This document shows, one piece after another, positions 26,973-37,969 of a DNA stretch of 64,000 nucleotides. The notes under the pieces are model-generated. The model had not been told where the DNA came from. It saw only the letters and a list, made by a program, of their open reading frames with translations, and ran no database searches. The DNA comes from Vicinamibacteria bacterium (GTDB lineage: Bacteria > Acidobacteriota > Vicinamibacteria > Marinacidobacterales > Marinacidobacteraceae), in assembly GCA_963555995.3 (NCBI GenBank), contig OY821641.1, positions 2,848,001 through 2,912,000 on the forward strand, written 5' to 3'. How positions within the stretch are numbered: the first letter of the stretch is position 1; each line of letters begins with the position of its first letter. The position numbers and the translations under genes are program-made.

Positions 26973-29900
26973 TCAGTTCTTGGCGCGGATCAGCTCGATG
27001 TCGAGCCCGAGGCTCTGGATTTCCGCCATCAGCACCTTGAACGATGCCGGCACCTCGGGCGAATAGCTGGTGTCGCCCTTCACGATGGACTCGTAGACCT
27101 TCGCGCGGCCCCGGACGTCGTCCGACTTCACGGTCAGGATCTCCTGGAGCGTGTGCGCCGCACCGTAGGCCTCGATGGCCCACACTTCCATCTCGCCGAA
27201 CCGCTGACCGCCGAACTGCGCCTTTCCGCCCAGCGGCTGCTGCGTGATCAGGCTGTAGGGCCCGATGCTGCGGGCGTGCATCTTGTCGTCCACCAGGTGC
27301 CCGAGCTTGAGCATGTAGATGTACCCGGAGGTGACGGGCTGATCGAAGGGCCTTCCGGTGCGGCCGTCGTAGAGAACGGTCTTGCCGTCCTCCAGGACGT
27401 TCGCCCGTAGTCCGTCTTCGTTCCGGGCCTTGTCGTTGGCCTCGTCGAGGAGCCTGCGGATGTCCGTCTCGCGGGCTCCGTCGAAGACGGGGGTGGCGAA
27501 GTGGCGGTCCAGCATGCGCGCCGCCCAACCCAGGTGGGTCTCGAGGACCTGGCCGATGTTCATGCGCGACGGAACGCCGAGCGGATTCAGGATGATGTCC
27601 ACCGGCGTGCCGTCGGGCAGGAACGGCATGTCCTCCACGGGCACGATCTTGGCGATGACGCCCTTGTTGCCGTGCCGGCCGGCCATCTTGTCGCCCACGC
27701 TGAGCTTTCGCTTCATGGCCACGTAGACCTTGACCATCTTGATGACGCCGGGGGGAAGATCGTCTCCCTGGCTCACCACCGCCTGCTGCTCGTCGCGGCG
27801 AACCGAGAGCAGATCCAGTTGTTCCTCGGTCTTTTCCTGGATCTCCTGGATCTCATCCCTCACGTCATCGGGAAGATCGGTCTCGAACAGGGGAACGAAG
27901 TCGAGCCGCTTCAAGAGCTCCTTCCTGGTCAGGCGCGTGCCCTTCTTGAGTTCGATTTCCCCCGTGGCCGGGTTCATGCAGTCCTCGACGAGGTGGGCGC
28001 CGACCATCCGGTCCACGATGCGCTTGTCGCACTCCTCGCGCAGAATCCGCTCTTCATCGTGGTAGTCGCGGTCAATGGCCTCGATGTCGTCCGCCTCGAT
28101 CGACAGCGCCCGCTCGTCGCGGTTCGCGTCCTTCCGGTGGAACACGCGAACGTCCACGACCACGCCTTCGACCCCGGACGGGCACTTGAGCGACGAGTTC
28201 TTGACGTCTCCCGCCTTGTCTCCGAAGATGGCCCGGAGGAGCTTCTCCTCCGGAGTCAGTTGAGCCTCGGCCTTGGGAGTGACGCGCCCGACGAGGATGT
28301 CGCCGGGACTGACCCGGGCGCCGATACGGACGATGCCCGATTCGTCGAGGTTCCTGAGGAAGCTCTCGGCGACGCCGGGCACCTCGCGCGTGATGGACTC
28401 CGGACCCAGCTTGGTGTCCCGCGCCTGCACGGTGTGCTCTTCGATGTGGATCGAGGTGTAGCTGTCGTCCTGAACGAGCCGTTCCGAAACGATGATCGCG
28501 TCCTCGAAGTTGTAACCGCGCCACGGCATGAAGGCGACGAGCACGTTGCGCCCGAGCGCCAGTTCGCCGCCGTCGGTGCACGGGCCGTCCGCGATGATCT
28601 GACCCCTCGCGACGCGTTCCCCCACCTCCACCAGGGGCTTCTGGTTGATGGAGGTGTTCTGGTTGGAGCGGCGGAACTTCTTCAACCGATAGATGCTGGC
28701 CCCGATCTCGGTCTCTCCGGCCCCGTCGCTCTCCTTGCGAACAATGATCCGGCGCCCGTCCACCCGGTCCACGACTCCGTTTTCCCGGCACACGATGACC
28801 GATCCGGAGTCGCGCGCGGTCACGAACTCCATGCCCGTGCCCACGAGCGGGGCTTCCGCCGTGATCAGGGGGACCGCCTGGCGCTGCATGTTCGAACCCA
28901 TCAGGGCCCGGTTCGCATCGTCGTTCTCGAGGAAGGGCACGAGCGAGGCCGCCACCGAAACGATCTGCTTCGGAGACACGTCGATGAAATCAACGTTCTC
29001 CCTCGGCGCCGGCACGAACTCGCCCTCGTGACGGCAGTTGACGCGCGGATCCAGAAGCTCGCCGCGCTCTCCGACCCGGGCGTTCGCCTGCGCGATCGTG
29101 TGGCGTTCTTCCTCGAGTGCCGAAAGGTAGAACGCGTGAGGGATGAGCGTGGCGGACTTCCGGCGGCGTCCGATCTTGGCGTTGGCCGCCTCGGCGTCTT
29201 TCCTCGGCACGATGCCGCCGGCCTCGAGCTTGGTGTCCCCGGGATCCTCGACCCGCACGTAGTCCACGATCCGGCCATCCACGACCTTCCGGTAGGGACT
29301 CTGGATGAAACCGTAGTTGTCGATCGTCGCGTAGCAGGAGAGCGAACTGATCAGCCCGATGTTCGGACCTTCCGGCGTCTCGATGGGACAGATCCGCCCG
29401 TAGTGGGTCGCGTGGACATCCCGCACGTCGAACTTGGCGCGGTCACGGGAGAGTCCTCCCGGACCCAGCGCCGAGAGACGGCGCTTGTGCGTCACCTCGG
29501 AGAGCGGATTCGTCTGCTCCATGAACTGCGAGAGCTGGGAGGCGCCGAAGAACTCACGCACGGCGGCGGTCACCGGCTTCGCGTTGATCAGGTCGCGCGG
29601 CATCGCCGTGGTCATTTCCTGATACACGTTCATCTTTTCGCGAATCGCCCGCTCCATCCGGACGAGGCCCAGGCGGAACTGGTTCTCGAGGAGTTCGCCG
29701 ACCGACCGGACGCGGCGGTTGCCGAGGTGGTCAATGTCGTCCGCCCGATACCCGCTCTCGCCGCGGGTGAGGCGAAGGAGGTAGTCCAGCACCAGGACGA
29801 AGTCCTCTTCCGCGAGGATGGTTCGGTTGGGATCCATCTCACGCTCGAGTTTGGTGGCCAGCTTGCGCCGGCCGACCCGGGAGAAGTCGTACTTCTGTTC

Positions 29901-31196
29901 ATTGAAGAACAGGTTGTGGAGGAGGGTCCGGGAGCTCTCCACCGTGGGCTGGTCGCCGGGACGCTGCCGGCGATAGAGCTCGACCAGCGCTCCGTCCACG
30001 CTCTCGGCGTTCGGCGCGTCGGTGCCACGCTGCCGCGTCAGTGGATCCTTGTCCAGCGTGTCGGCCAGGACCGTACCGACCGGGTCCGCGCCCGGCAGTA
30101 CGACCCGGATCGTGCCCACGTCACCGAGTTCGTCCACGAGTTCCGGGGTCAACCGCGCGTTCGCCGGAACTTCCTCCCCGGTATCCGGAATCGTCGCCGC
30201 GACGGCCAGCCGGAAACCGCCGAGGGCTTCCAGATGGAAGTCCAGCGCTTCCCGGTTCTGCCGGGTCAGCTTCCGGATGTCGCCGCGGCTGATCCGCTTC
30301 CCGCCTTCGATGACGACTTCGCCGTCCGCCTCGATATCCCGCTCGATGCGCTCGTCGAGGAGCATCGCCTTCAGCGTTTCGGTCAGCGGCAGCCGGACCC
30401 GGTCCCCGGTCAGCGTCGCTTCGTGTACGTGATAGAAGCGCGCGAGGATGGACTCCGTCTTTCCGAACCCGAGCGCTCTCAGGAAGATCGTCGCCGGAAA
30501 GCGCTTCTTGCGATCAATGCGGACCTGCAGGAGCCCCCGCGCGTCCGTCTCGAACTCGAGCCATGAACCCCGATAGGGCACCACCTGGGCCAGAAAACAA
30601 CCACGCTCCGCCTCGTGGAAGAAGACGCCCGGCGAACGGTGCAACTGGGAGACGACGACGCGCTCGGTCCCGTTGATGATGAACGTCCCGTTCTCGGTCA
30701 TCAGCGGGATGTCGCCGAAGAAGACCTCTTCTTCCTTGATGTCGTGGATGGACCGCTGATTGGTTTCCGGATCGCGGTCCCAGACGGTCAGCCTGATCTT
30801 CACCTTCAGGGGCACGGCGTAGGTCTTGCCGCGCTGCTGGCACTGCTCCACGTCGTGTTCGACCTTCAGGTGGACCCGGTCCCCGCAGTAGTTGCAGACC
30901 GAACCGTTCCGGGTGTGCTCGATGCCTTCCAACTCGCCGCAACTGCACGCCCACCGGCCTACCGAGTACTCGAGGAAGTCCAGCTCGCAGTTATCGCGAA
31001 AGTCCTTGATGGGGAAGATGGAACGGAATACGGCCTGGAGGCCGATCTCCTCGCGATCCTGCGGCTGCAGGTCCTTCTGAAGGAATCGGTCGTACGACCG
31101 ATGCTGGACCTCGATGAGCTTGGGCAGGGGAATGGACGCCCGGATGCGGGAGAAGTCGTGCCGCGTTTGCTTCGGAGTGATTTCAGCGGTCAACAT
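26973..31196 (-). CDS. rpoB: RNA polymerase beta subunit
   Basis: [40 protein letters not shown]. Confidence 0.99.
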   Translation of the reverse strand: MLTAEITPKQTRHDFSRIRASIPLPKLIEVQHRSYDRFLQKDLQPQDREEIGLQAVFRSIFPIKDFRDNCELDFLEYSVGRWACSCGELEGIEHTRNGSVCNYCGDRVHLKVEHDVEQCQQRGKTYAVPLKVKIRLTVWDRDPETNQRSIHDIKEEEVFFGDIPLMTENGTFIINGTERVVVSQLHRSPGVFFHEAERGCFLAQVVPYRGSWLEFETDARGLLQVRIDRKKRFPATIFLRALGFGKTESILARFYHVHEATLTGDRVRLPLTETLKAMLLDERIERDIEADGEVVIEGGKRISRGDIRKLTRQNREALDFHLEALGGFRLAVAATIPDTGEEVPANARLTPELVDELGDVGTIRVVLPGADPVGTVLADTLDKDPLTRQRGTDAPNAESVDGALVELYRRQRPGDQPTVESSRTLLHNLFFNEQKYDFSRVGRRKLATKLEREMDPNRTILAEEDFVLVLDYLLRLTRGESGYRADDIDHLGNRRVRSVGELLENQFRLGLVRMERAIREKMNVYQEMTTAMPRDLINAKPVTAAVREFFGASQLSQFMEQTNPLSEVTHKRRLSALGPGGLSRDRAKFDVRDVHATHYGRICPIETPEGPNIGLISSLSCYATIDNYGFIQSPYRKVVDGRIVDYVRVEDPGDTKLEAGGIVPRKDAEAANAKIGRRRKSATLIPHAFYLSALEEERHTIAQANARVGERGELLDPRVNCRHEGEFVPAPRENVDFIDVSPKQIVSVAASLVPFLENDDANRALMGSNMQRQAVPLITAEAPLVGTGMEFVTARDSGSVIVCRENGVVDRVDGRRIIVRKESDGAGETEIGASIYRLKKFRRSNQNTSINQKPLVEVGERVARGQIIADGPCTDGGELALGRNVLVAFMPWRGYNFEDAIIVSERLVQDDSYTSIHIEEHTVQARDTKLGPESITREVPGVAESFLRNLDESGIVRIGARVSPGDILVGRVTPKAEAQLTPEEKLLRAIFGDKAGDVKNSSLKCPSGVEGVVVDVRVFHRKDANRDERALSIEADDIEAIDRDYHDEERILREECDKRIVDRMVGAHLVEDCMNPATGEIELKKGTRLTRKELLKRLDFVPLFETDLPDDVRDEIQEIQEKTEEQLDLLSVRRDEQQAVVSQGDDLPPGVIKMVKVYVAMKRKLSVGDKMAGRHGNKGVIAKIVPVEDMPFLPDGTPVDIILNPLGVPSRMNIGQVLETHLGWAARMLDRHFATPVFDGARETDIRRLLDEANDKARNEDGLRANVLEDGKTVLYDGRTGRPFDQPVTSGYIYMLKLGHLVDDKMHARSIGPYSLITQQPLGGKAQFGGQRFGEMEVWAIEAYGAAHTLQEILTVKSDDVRGRAKVYESIVKGDTSYSPEVPASFKVLMAEIQSLGLDIELIRAKN

Positions 31197-31378
31197 GAGG
31201 AAGGCCTGTTCGCATTGCTACGAGACACCCGGCGCGGGGCCGCCAGGCGGCGCCCCGGTGAGCCGGGAGATAGCCCGGACGGCCGCTGCCGCCGGCTGAT
31301 GGCGGTTCTCCGCCACCGGCCGAGCGCGGGACGCGGCGAAACCGGGGGAAAGGATTTGGCAAAGGAGACGCACCCGAT

Positions 31379-31768
31379 CTACTTGATTTCGATCGTCGCG
31401 CCGACCTCCTTGAATCGCTCCTGGATCGCCTTGGCTTCCTCCATGGGAACGCCTTCCTTGACCGCTTTCGGAGCCTCTTCCACGAGCGTCTTCGCCTCCC
31501 GGAGGCCGAGACTCGTCAGTTCCCGGACCGCCTTGATGACCTGAACCCGGTTCGGGCCGGTCTCCGTGAGTACGGCGTCGAACTCCGTCTGTTCCTCGAC
31601 CGGCGCGGCCTCACCGCCGCCGGCCGCAACTGCCACCGGCATGGCGGCCGCCGCGGAGACTCCGAGTTCATCTTCGAGCGCCTTGACGAGTTCGGACAGC
31701 TCCAGCACGGTGAGCTGCTTGATGTGGTTGACAACGTCCTGCTGGCTGATTGTCGACATGGTGGGCAT
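31379..31768 (-). CDS. rplL: 50S ribosomal protein L7/L12
   Basis: EL..LVK.LE...GVSAAA, EEQTEFD, LGL.EAK; start may be ATG 31759. Confidence 0.96.
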   Translation of the reverse strand: MPTMSTISQQDVVNHIKQLTVLELSELVKALEDELGVSAAAAMPVAVAAGGGEAAPVEEQTEFDAVLTETGPNRVQVIKAVRELTSLGLREAKTLVEEAPKAVKEGVPMEEAKAIQERFKEVGATIEIK

Positions 31769-31857
31769 CTACTCCTTACGGCTTGAATCGAGATTTGGGG
31801 AAATAGCGTGACAACGACGGACCGGCGGCGAGCGCCTGATTCCGACGGCAACGAGGT

Positions 31858-32391
31858 TCACTGGGCGGCGCCTCCGCCGGCGGCCTTCTCTTCGGCTGCC
31901 TTGAGCACGAGCACCAGCTTTCGTGGAACGCCCTCGAGGACATTCATCAGGTTCCGGATGGGCGCCGCGATGACGGCGACGACCTGACCGCGAAGCGCCT
32001 CCTGGCCGGGAAGCTTCGCCAGCGCCTCGAACTGCTGCGGATCGACCCGCTGATCGGAGACGACCCCGCCCTTGTACTGGAAGGCCGCGAAGTCCTTGGT
32101 CCCCTCGTGGAGCACCTTGGCCAAGGCCACCGGATCGTCCTCGCTCCAGGCGAGACCGGTCATCCCGGCGAGCTGGTCGTCCAGTCCGGAGATGCCGGCC
32201 TCCTCGAAGGCCCACTTGGCCGTGCTGTTCTTCACCACGCGGTACCGGCCGCCGGCTTCGCGGACCCGGCGGCGCAGATCCGTGACGTCCGCCACGGAAA
32301 GGCCCCGGTAATCGAAAGAGAACACCGCCGTCTGCGCCTTGAGCAGCGCCGCGAGCGACGCGGCCGCTTCCTGCTTCTCCATGCGTTGCAT
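31858..32391 (-). CDS. rplJ: 50S ribosomal protein L10
   Basis: DYRGLSV...LR, VVKN, LAKLP; synteny. Confidence 0.94.
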   Translation of the reverse strand: MQRMEKQEAAASLAALLKAQTAVFSFDYRGLSVADVTDLRRRVREAGGRYRVVKNSTAKWAFEEAGISGLDDQLAGMTGLAWSEDDPVALAKVLHEGTKDFAAFQYKGGVVSDQRVDPQQFEALAKLPGQEALRGQVVAVIAAPIRNLMNVLEGVPRKLVLVLKAAEEKAAGGGAAQ

Positions 32392-32428
32392 CGTTTCGAC
32401 CCTTTCCCGAATCTCCGGTGGCGCCGGC

Positions 32429-33118
32429 CTACTTGGCTCCGACCAATGAGGGGCTGATGCGGAGGCCGGGGCTCATCGTCGAACTGATGGCGACGCTCCG
32501 GATGTAGCGGCCCTTGGCTGCCGCCGGCTTCGACCGAACCACGGCGGAGACGAAGGCCAGCGTGTTTTCCACCAGCCGCTCATCGGAAAAAGAGAGCTTC
32601 CCCACGGGAGCGTGGATGTTGGAGGTCTTGTCCACGCGATAGTCAACCTTGCCGGCCTTGATCTCCTGCACGGCCTTCGCCACCTCGAACGTGACGGTCC
32701 CGGACTTGGGGTTGGGCATCAGTCCCCGCGGCCCCAGGATCCGCCCGAGCTTGCCGACCGAACGCATCATGTCCGGCGTCGCCACCACGGCTTCGAAGTC
32801 CAGGAAGCCGCCCTGGATGCGGGCCACCATGTCGTCTCCGCCCACCTCGTCGGCGCCCGCTTCCTCGGCCTCCTTGGCCTTTTCGCCGGAAGCGATCACC
32901 ACGACGCGGCGCGAGATCCCAAGTCCGTGCGGGAGGACCACGGAACCGCGCACCATCTGGTCGGCGTGCCGTGGATCCACCCCGAGCCGCATGGCGATCT
33001 CGGCAGTCTCGTCAAAGGAGGCGAAGCTCGCGCTCTTGAGCGTCTTGAACACTTCGTCCAGCGTTTCCGGCTGTGAATCAGCGACCGTCGTCTTCGCCGC
33101 CTGGTACTTCTTTCCCAT
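32429..33118 (-). CDS. rplA: 50S ribosomal protein L1
   Basis: [34 protein letters not shown]. Confidence 0.98.
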   Translation of the reverse strand: MGKKYQAAKTTVADSQPETLDEVFKTLKSASFASFDETAEIAMRLGVDPRHADQMVRGSVVLPHGLGISRRVVVIASGEKAKEAEEAGADEVGGDDMVARIQGGFLDFEAVVATPDMMRSVGKLGRILGPRGLMPNPKSGTVTFEVAKAVQEIKAGKVDYRVDKTSNIHAPVGKLSFSDERLVENTLAFVSAVVRSKPAAAKGRYIRSVAISSTMSPGLRISPSLVGAK

Positions 33119-33150
33119 GATTCGCGTCCCTGATCTCTTTCCCTAAATCG

Positions 33151-33570
33151 TCAGGCCACTTCGATGCCCATGCTCCGGGCCGTTCCCTCGACGATGCGCC
33201 GCGCGGCGGCGATGTCGACGGCATTGAGATCCTTCATCTTGAGCTGGGCGATTTCCTCCACCTGGCCGACCGTCACCTTGCCCACGCGCATCCGGTTCGG
33301 CTCGCCGGATCCCTTCGCGATTCCCGCCGCGCGCTTCAGCAGCACGGCCGCCGGCGGGGTCTTGGTGATGAAGCTGAAGGACCGGTCCTGGTAGACCGTG
33401 ACCACGCAGGGAATGATCATCCCGGCGTCGTTCTGGGTCTTCGCGTTGAAGGACTTGCAGAAGTCCATGATGTTGATGCCGTGCTGTCCGAGCGCGGGCC
33501 CGACCGGCGGCGCCGGGGTCGCCTTGCCGGCGGGCAACTGGATCTTCGCGACCGCGAGCACTTTCTTCAT
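33151..33570 (-). CDS. rplK: 50S ribosomal protein L11
   Basis: [26 protein letters not shown]. Confidence 0.98.
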   Translation of the reverse strand: MKKVLAVAKIQLPAGKATPAPPVGPALGQHGINIMDFCKSFNAKTQNDAGMIIPCVVTVYQDRSFSFITKTPPAAVLLKRAAGIAKGSGEPNRMRVGKVTVGQVEEIAQLKMKDLNAVDIAAARRIVEGTARSMGIEVA

Positions 33571-33601
33571 GGCATGTTTCTCCGATCGGAACTCCGGGGG
33601 G

Positions 33602-34129
33602 TCAAACCTTTTCCACCTCGAGGAACTCCAGCTCCACGGGAGTCGAGCGTCCGAAGATCGTCACCATGACCTTCACCTTGTTGCGGTCCGGCTGGACTTC
33701 GTCCACGACTCCCTGAAAGCCGTTGAAGGGGCCGTGAATGATGCGGACCGATTCGCCCGTCTGGAAGGTGTGCCGCAGCTTGGGCGCCTGGCTCGCGTCG
33801 TCCATCTGTTCGCGAATCCGGAGGACCTCGTCGTCCGGCATCGGCTGGGGCTTGTGCGGTGGCACGAACCCCATGACCTTGTCGGTGTTCTTGACGACCT
33901 GCCAGGTGTCGGCGTTCATCTCCATGTTGACGAGCACGTAGCCGGGGTAGACCTGCTTGGTCGTCACCACGCGGCGTCCGCCGCGCATCTCCACGACCTT
34001 CTCGGTGGGGATCAGGATCTCGCCGATCTGCTCCCCGAGCCCGTACGCGTTGGCCCGGTGGCGCAGTGCTTCCTTCACGCTCTCTTCGAACTTGGAGTGC
34101 GTCGAGACGATGAACCACTCTCTGGCCAT
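33602..34129 (-). CDS. nusG: Transcription elongation factor NusG
   Basis: YPGYVLV, GPF..F.G.V, IFGR.TPVEL. Confidence 0.97.
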   Translation of the reverse strand: MAREWFIVSTHSKFEESVKEALRHRANAYGLGEQIGEILIPTEKVVEMRGGRRVVTTKQVYPGYVLVNMEMNADTWQVVKNTDKVMGFVPPHKPQPMPDDEVLRIREQMDDASQAPKLRHTFQTGESVRIIHGPFNGFQGVVDEVQPDRNKVKVMVTIFGRSTPVELEFLEVEKV

Positions 34130-34133
34130 GCAA

Positions 34134-34343
34134 CTACCCGATCAGGTTCGTGACGAACGCCGAGATGTACGACATGACGACGTCGAGGCCGTAGAGGTAG
34201 AAGCCGAAGAAGAAGACCGTGATCAGCACGATGATCGTGGTGCCGCGAACTTCCTCCCGCGTCGGCCAGGTGACCTTGTCGAGTTCACCCCTAACTTCCC
34301 CGAGGAAGTTGCGGGCGGAGCCGATTCTTTCGAGCACGCTCAC
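34134..34343 (-). CDS. secE: Preprotein translocase SecE
   Basis: EL.KVTWP.R motif plus one TM helix; GTG start after GAGGGG. Confidence 0.9.
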   Translation of the reverse strand: MSVLERIGSARNFLGEVRGELDKVTWPTREEVRGTTIIVLITVFFFGFYLYGLDVVMSYISAFVTNLIG

Positions 34344-34385
34344 GACGAACCCCTCAGGCCGTGATGTCTCGAAGGAACGTGGGGA

Positions 34386-34461
34386 TGGCAGGCCAGGAGG
34401 GGATCGAACCCCCAACCCCCGGTTTTGGAGACCGGTGCTCTGCCAATTGAGCTACTGGCCT
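34386..34461 (-). tRNA. tRNA-Trp (CCA)
   Basis: AGGCCAGTAGCTCAATTGG...CTCCAAA...GGTTCGATCC...GCCA cloverleaf. Confidence 0.95.
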
Positions 34462-34479
34462 TCGCACCCCTCACGGTAG

Positions 34480-34644
34480 TCAACGCGTCTCCCGATGCAA
34501 CACGTGCGTCCGGCAGAAACGGCAGAACTTGCGCAACTCCATCCGGCCCGGATGAGTCGCCCGGTTCTTCGTCGTCGAATACGTACGCCGCTTGCAGTCG
34601 GTGCATGCCAACGTGACGATCTGCCGCTTCTTTTCGCGAGCCAT
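34480..34644 (-). CDS. rpmG: 50S ribosomal protein L33, zinc type (not in the ORF track)
   Basis: Manual translation [27 protein letters not shown]...[19 protein letters not shown]. Confidence 0.93.
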   Translation of the reverse strand: MAREKKRQIVTLACTDCKRRTYSTTKNRATHPGRMELRKFCRFCRTHVLHRETR

Positions 34645-34754
34645 GCCGCTTTCCCGCCGGTTCTGTTCCGGTCAAATGTTTCGAGGATGGCCCTCCCGAC
34701 GGACGAATCATGCCGTCCGCGGGAGGACCGTTTCCCGTTTCCCGTCCTCGCCGT

Positions 34755-35942
34755 CTACTCCAGGATCTCGGTGGTCATCCCGGAGGCGACCGTCCGGCCG
34801 CCCTCGCGGATCGCGAACCGGAGTCCGCGGTCCATGGCGATCGGGGTGATCAGTTCCACCTCGAGCTGGATGTTGTCTCCCGGCATGGCCACCACCTGAT
34901 CTCCCAGGAGGGTGGCGGTGCCGGTCACGTCCGTGGTCCGGAAATAGAACTGCGGGCGGTAGCCGCTCTTGAACGGCTTCTCGCGTCCCCCCTCTTCCTT
35001 GGACAGGACATAGACCTCGGAGCGGAACCTGGTGTGGGGCGTGATGGAACCGGGCTTGGCGAGCACCATCCCGCGCTCCACGTCCCGGCGATCGGTTCCC
35101 CGCAGCAGGATTCCGACGTTGTCACCGGCCTCGCCCTCGTCGAGGAGCTTCTTGAACATCTCGACTCCGGTCACGACCCGCTTCCGGGTCTCCCGGATCC
35201 CGACGATCTCGACCTCGTCCTGGACGCAGACCTTGCCCTGCTCGATCCGGCCGGTCACCACGGTGCCGCGGCCCGAGATCGAGAAGACATCCTCGATCGG
35301 CATCAGGTAGTCCTTGTCGATCGCCCGCTCCGGCACCGGCACGTACTCGTCAAGAGCCTTCGTCAGCTCCCGGACGGGTTCCCAGTCGGCCGGGTCGTCC
35401 GACTCGAGCGCCTTGAGCGCGCTGCCCCGGATGACCGGGATGTCGTCGCCGGGGAAGTCGTAGTAGGAGAGCAGCTCCCGGACTTCGAGTTCCACGAGCT
35501 CCAGGAGCTCCTCGTCGTCCAGCATGTCCACCTTGTTGAGGAACACGACGATCCGGGGCACGCCGACCTGGCGGGCGAGCAGGATGTGCTCGCGCGTCTG
35601 CGCCTGCGGGCCGTCCGGAGCGGAAATCAGCAGCACCGCGCCGTCCATCTGGGCGGCGCCGGTGATCATGTTCTTGATGTAGTCGGCGTGGCCGGGGCAG
35701 TCCACGTGCGCGTAGTGGCGCGCCGCGGTCTCGTACTCGACGTGTGCGGTGGCGATCGTGATGCCCCGCTCCCGCTCTTCCGGAGCGTTGTCGATCGAAT
35801 CGAAACTCCGGAAGTTTCCGCCCTGTTCGGCGGCGAGGACCTTCGTGATCGCTGCGGTCAGGGTCGTCTTGCCGTGATCCACGTGACCGATGGTCCCCAC
35901 GTTGACGTGAGGTTTGGTGCGTTCGAACTTCTCCTTGGCCAT
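34755..35942 (-). CDS. tuf: Elongation factor Tu
   Basis: [42 protein letters not shown]. Confidence 0.98.
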   Translation of the reverse strand: MAKEKFERTKPHVNVGTIGHVDHGKTTLTAAITKVLAAEQGGNFRSFDSIDNAPEERERGITIATAHVEYETAARHYAHVDCPGHADYIKNMITGAAQMDGAVLLISAPDGPQAQTREHILLARQVGVPRIVVFLNKVDMLDDEELLELVELEVRELLSYYDFPGDDIPVIRGSALKALESDDPADWEPVRELTKALDEYVPVPERAIDKDYLMPIEDVFSISGRGTVVTGRIEQGKVCVQDEVEIVGIRETRKRVVTGVEMFKKLLDEGEAGDNVGILLRGTDRRDVERGMVLAKPGSITPHTRFRSEVYVLSKEEGGREKPFKSGYRPQFYFRTTDVTGTATLLGDQVVAMPGDNIQLEVELITPIAMDRGLRFAIREGGRTVASGMTTEILE

Positions 35943-35990
35943 CTGGTCTTCTCCTTGTTAGCTGCGAGACCTGAGATTCAGATCGTCCCT

Positions 35991-36174
35991 TGCGGGCCGT
36001 GGGCGGGGTGACGTGAGCGCCGAGAGCGGTGAGGCGCCCGGCTGACAAGGCGCGCGAGGGAGGAATACCGGGTGTATTCCGACCGAAGCGCAACGATGAG
36101 CGCCGCTGCAGCGGCGCGGTTCAGCCGGGATGGATCGCCGCTCGAACGCCGCGTCACCCCGTTTACGGCCCGCA
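35991..36174. mobile_element. Family-A element with re-written but still complementary terminal arms
   Basis: Core matches family A; arms tgcgggccgtgggcggggtgacg / cgtcaccccgtttacggcccgca. Confidence 0.8.
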
Positions 36175-36189
36175 GGACGGGGGCGAGAG

Positions 36190-36264
<75 letters not shown>

Positions 36265-36357
36265 GGAGACGAGGGCGGGGGCCGATGGTGCGGCTCCGGA
36301 CCGCGCCGGCGGATCGGCCGCGGTCCCGGGACAATGCGAACCGCGCCGTTTTCAGCA

Positions 36358-36433
36358 TGGAGCGGGAGACGGGATTCGGACCCGCGACCCTCAGCTTGGA
36401 AGGCTGATGCTCTGCCAACTGAGCTACTCCCGC
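36358..36433 (-). tRNA. tRNA-Gly (TCC), T-loop reads TCCGAAT
   Basis: GCGGGAGTAGCTCAG...CTTCCAAG...CCGCTCCA cloverleaf. Confidence 0.92.
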
Positions 36434-36604
36434 GTTATGGAATGAAGGGACCGCCGGCGGCGGACGAACCGTGCGAAGGGTCGCCCCGGGCGCCGGGACC
36501 GGTACGTCACAGCGTGCGCGCAAGCGCGCGGTGGCGGTCCGGAGCAAGCCGTTGTCGGTGGTCAAAGCAGGGGGTGGGTTCGGTCGAGGAAACGCCGGAA
36601 GAGG

Positions 36605-36691
36605 TGGTGGAGCGGGGAGGATTCGAACCTCCGAAGGCGTAAAGCCGGCAGGTTTACAGCCTGCTGCGTTTGGCCGCTTCGCTACCACTCC
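36605..36691 (-). tRNA. tRNA-Tyr (GTA)
   Basis: Long variable arm, CTGTAAA anticodon loop, GGTTCGAATCC, ACCA end. Confidence 0.95.
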
Positions 36692-36841
36692 GCCCGGGAA
36701 ACTCCGCCACTCACGAGACAGGAAAGCAGCCTCCGTGATAATCAGCCGGCCGATCCGGACCGTTCTTCCCGGATTGGGTCGTCCGGATCAGTCCCTCCGG
36801 ACCCAGCGTGATCCGGTCCGATGCGGTCTGGCCCGATCCGG

Positions 36842-36914
36842 AGCTGGCGAAGGGACTTGAACCCTTGACCGGCTGATTACAAATCAGCTGCTCTGCCTCC
36901 TGAGCTACGCCAGC
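36842..36914 (-). tRNA. tRNA-Thr (TGT), CCA not encoded
   Basis: GCTGGCGTAGCTCAG...TTTGTAA...GGTTCAAGTCC...GCCAGCT followed by CCG. Confidence 0.93.
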
Positions 36915-36933
36915 GTGCACCGGCGAACGGTTG

Positions 36934-36963
36934 AGTATAGGTTGACGCCCGTTCGAGTGTCAA
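36934..36963 (-). promoter_or_regulatory. Sigma70-type promoter of the tRNA-tuf operon
   Basis: Minus strand TTGACA-N18-TATACT about 20 bp before tRNA-Thr(TGT). Confidence 0.8.
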
Positions 36964-37025
36964 CTGCGAACCGGGATGGGTCGGCGCCGCCCTGCAACCG
37001 GCAGCCAACGCGCCGGCCGGTGGCA

Positions 37026-37087
37026 GCGCCGGCCTGGAACGCCGGCCTCCAGACCGGCACGCGCGGCGCTCCGCGCCGCGCACCTCG
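37026..37087. repeat. REP-like repeat (family B2)
   Basis: ggaacgccggcctccagaccggcacgcgcggcgctccgcgccgcgcac, reverse complement of the 60241 unit. Confidence 0.75.
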
Positions 37088-37132
37088 TAACCCCACGCAC
37101 CCTGACGGCGCCCACGGCCTGGAACGCCCCGG

Positions 37133-37969
37133 CTACGGACCGCCAACGTCCTCGCGCGCCCCACCCCCAGACCCACCAGCGCGCTGGCGGACCCCTTCGT
37201 AGAGCACGATCCCGGCAGCCACGGAGACGTTCAGGGAACGGACGGAGCCCAACTGCGGCAGCGAGACCAGGACCTCGCACTCCTTCGACACCCCGGCGGC
37301 GAGGCCCCGGCCCTCGGACCCCACGACGAGGACGGTGGGCTGGGTCCAGTCGAACTCGTACCAGCGGACCTTCGCCCGCGGGGTGAGGCCGACGGTCCAG
37401 TACCCGTGAGCCTTGAGCGCCCGCAGCGCGCTCGCGGCGCCCGGGATCCGAACCAGCCGGGCGCGGGCGATGGCCCCCGCCGACGCCGCGACGGCGACGG
37501 CCGAGGGAGGAGCCGCGCCGCGCCGCGGAACGAGCACCGCATCCACTCCGGCGCCGTCCGCCGCCCGGACCAGAGCGCCGAAGTTCCGGGGGTCCTCGAT
37601 GCGATCGAGGAGCAGCAGGCGGCTCGGCTTCGGGTCCAGCGACAGCATCTCGCCAAGCGCCAGCCACCGCACCGGCGACACCTCGCAGGCCGCGCCCTGA
37701 TGGCGCGCTCCCGCCGCGATCCGGTCGAGGTGCTGATTCGGTACCCGCTGCAGCGGGGCGCCGCGGGCCCGCGCGATCTTGAGCAGGGCCTGATGGCGGC
37801 TCTCCAGCCGTCCCGTCCGGACCAGCACCCGCCGGACCTGGTTCGGGATCCCCTGGAGCGTTTCCTCCACCCGGGCGGGACCGAAGACCCAGGTCGCGGC
37901 CCGTTCCGCGCCCGTTTCGTCCGCCGGAGGGCCGGCCCTCGCCGGACGGCGCTGCTCGCGGCGGGTCAT
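37133..37969 (-). CDS. rlmB: TrmH/SpoU family RNA methyltransferase, 23S rRNA Gm2251 RlmB-like
   Basis: HQG, LD.IEDPRNFGA..R.A, GSEG.G and SLNVSVAAG motifs; ATGA overlap with ispDF. Confidence 0.88.
   Translation of the reverse strand: MTRREQRRPARAGPPADETGAERAATWVFGPARVEETLQGIPNQVRRVLVRTGRLESRHQALLKIARARGAPLQRVPNQHLDRIAAGARHQGAACEVSPVRWLALGEMLSLDPKPSRLLLLDRIEDPRNFGALVRAADGAGVDAVLVPRRGAAPPSAVAVAASAGAIARARLVRIPGAASALRALKAHGYWTVGLTPRAKVRWYEFDWTQPTVLVVGSEGRGLAAGVSKECEVLVSLPQLGSVRSLNVSVAAGIVLYEGVRQRAGGSGGGAREDVGGP

Noticed and set aside
32392-32428. L10 leader between rplA and rplJ
   Set aside because: The spacer is only 37 bp, too short for the known leader structure.
36740-36840. Cluster of gatccgg/ccggatc motifs in the tRNA-Thr to tRNA-Tyr spacer
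   Set aside because: Short, irregularly spaced and compatible with ordinary GC-rich spacer hairpins.
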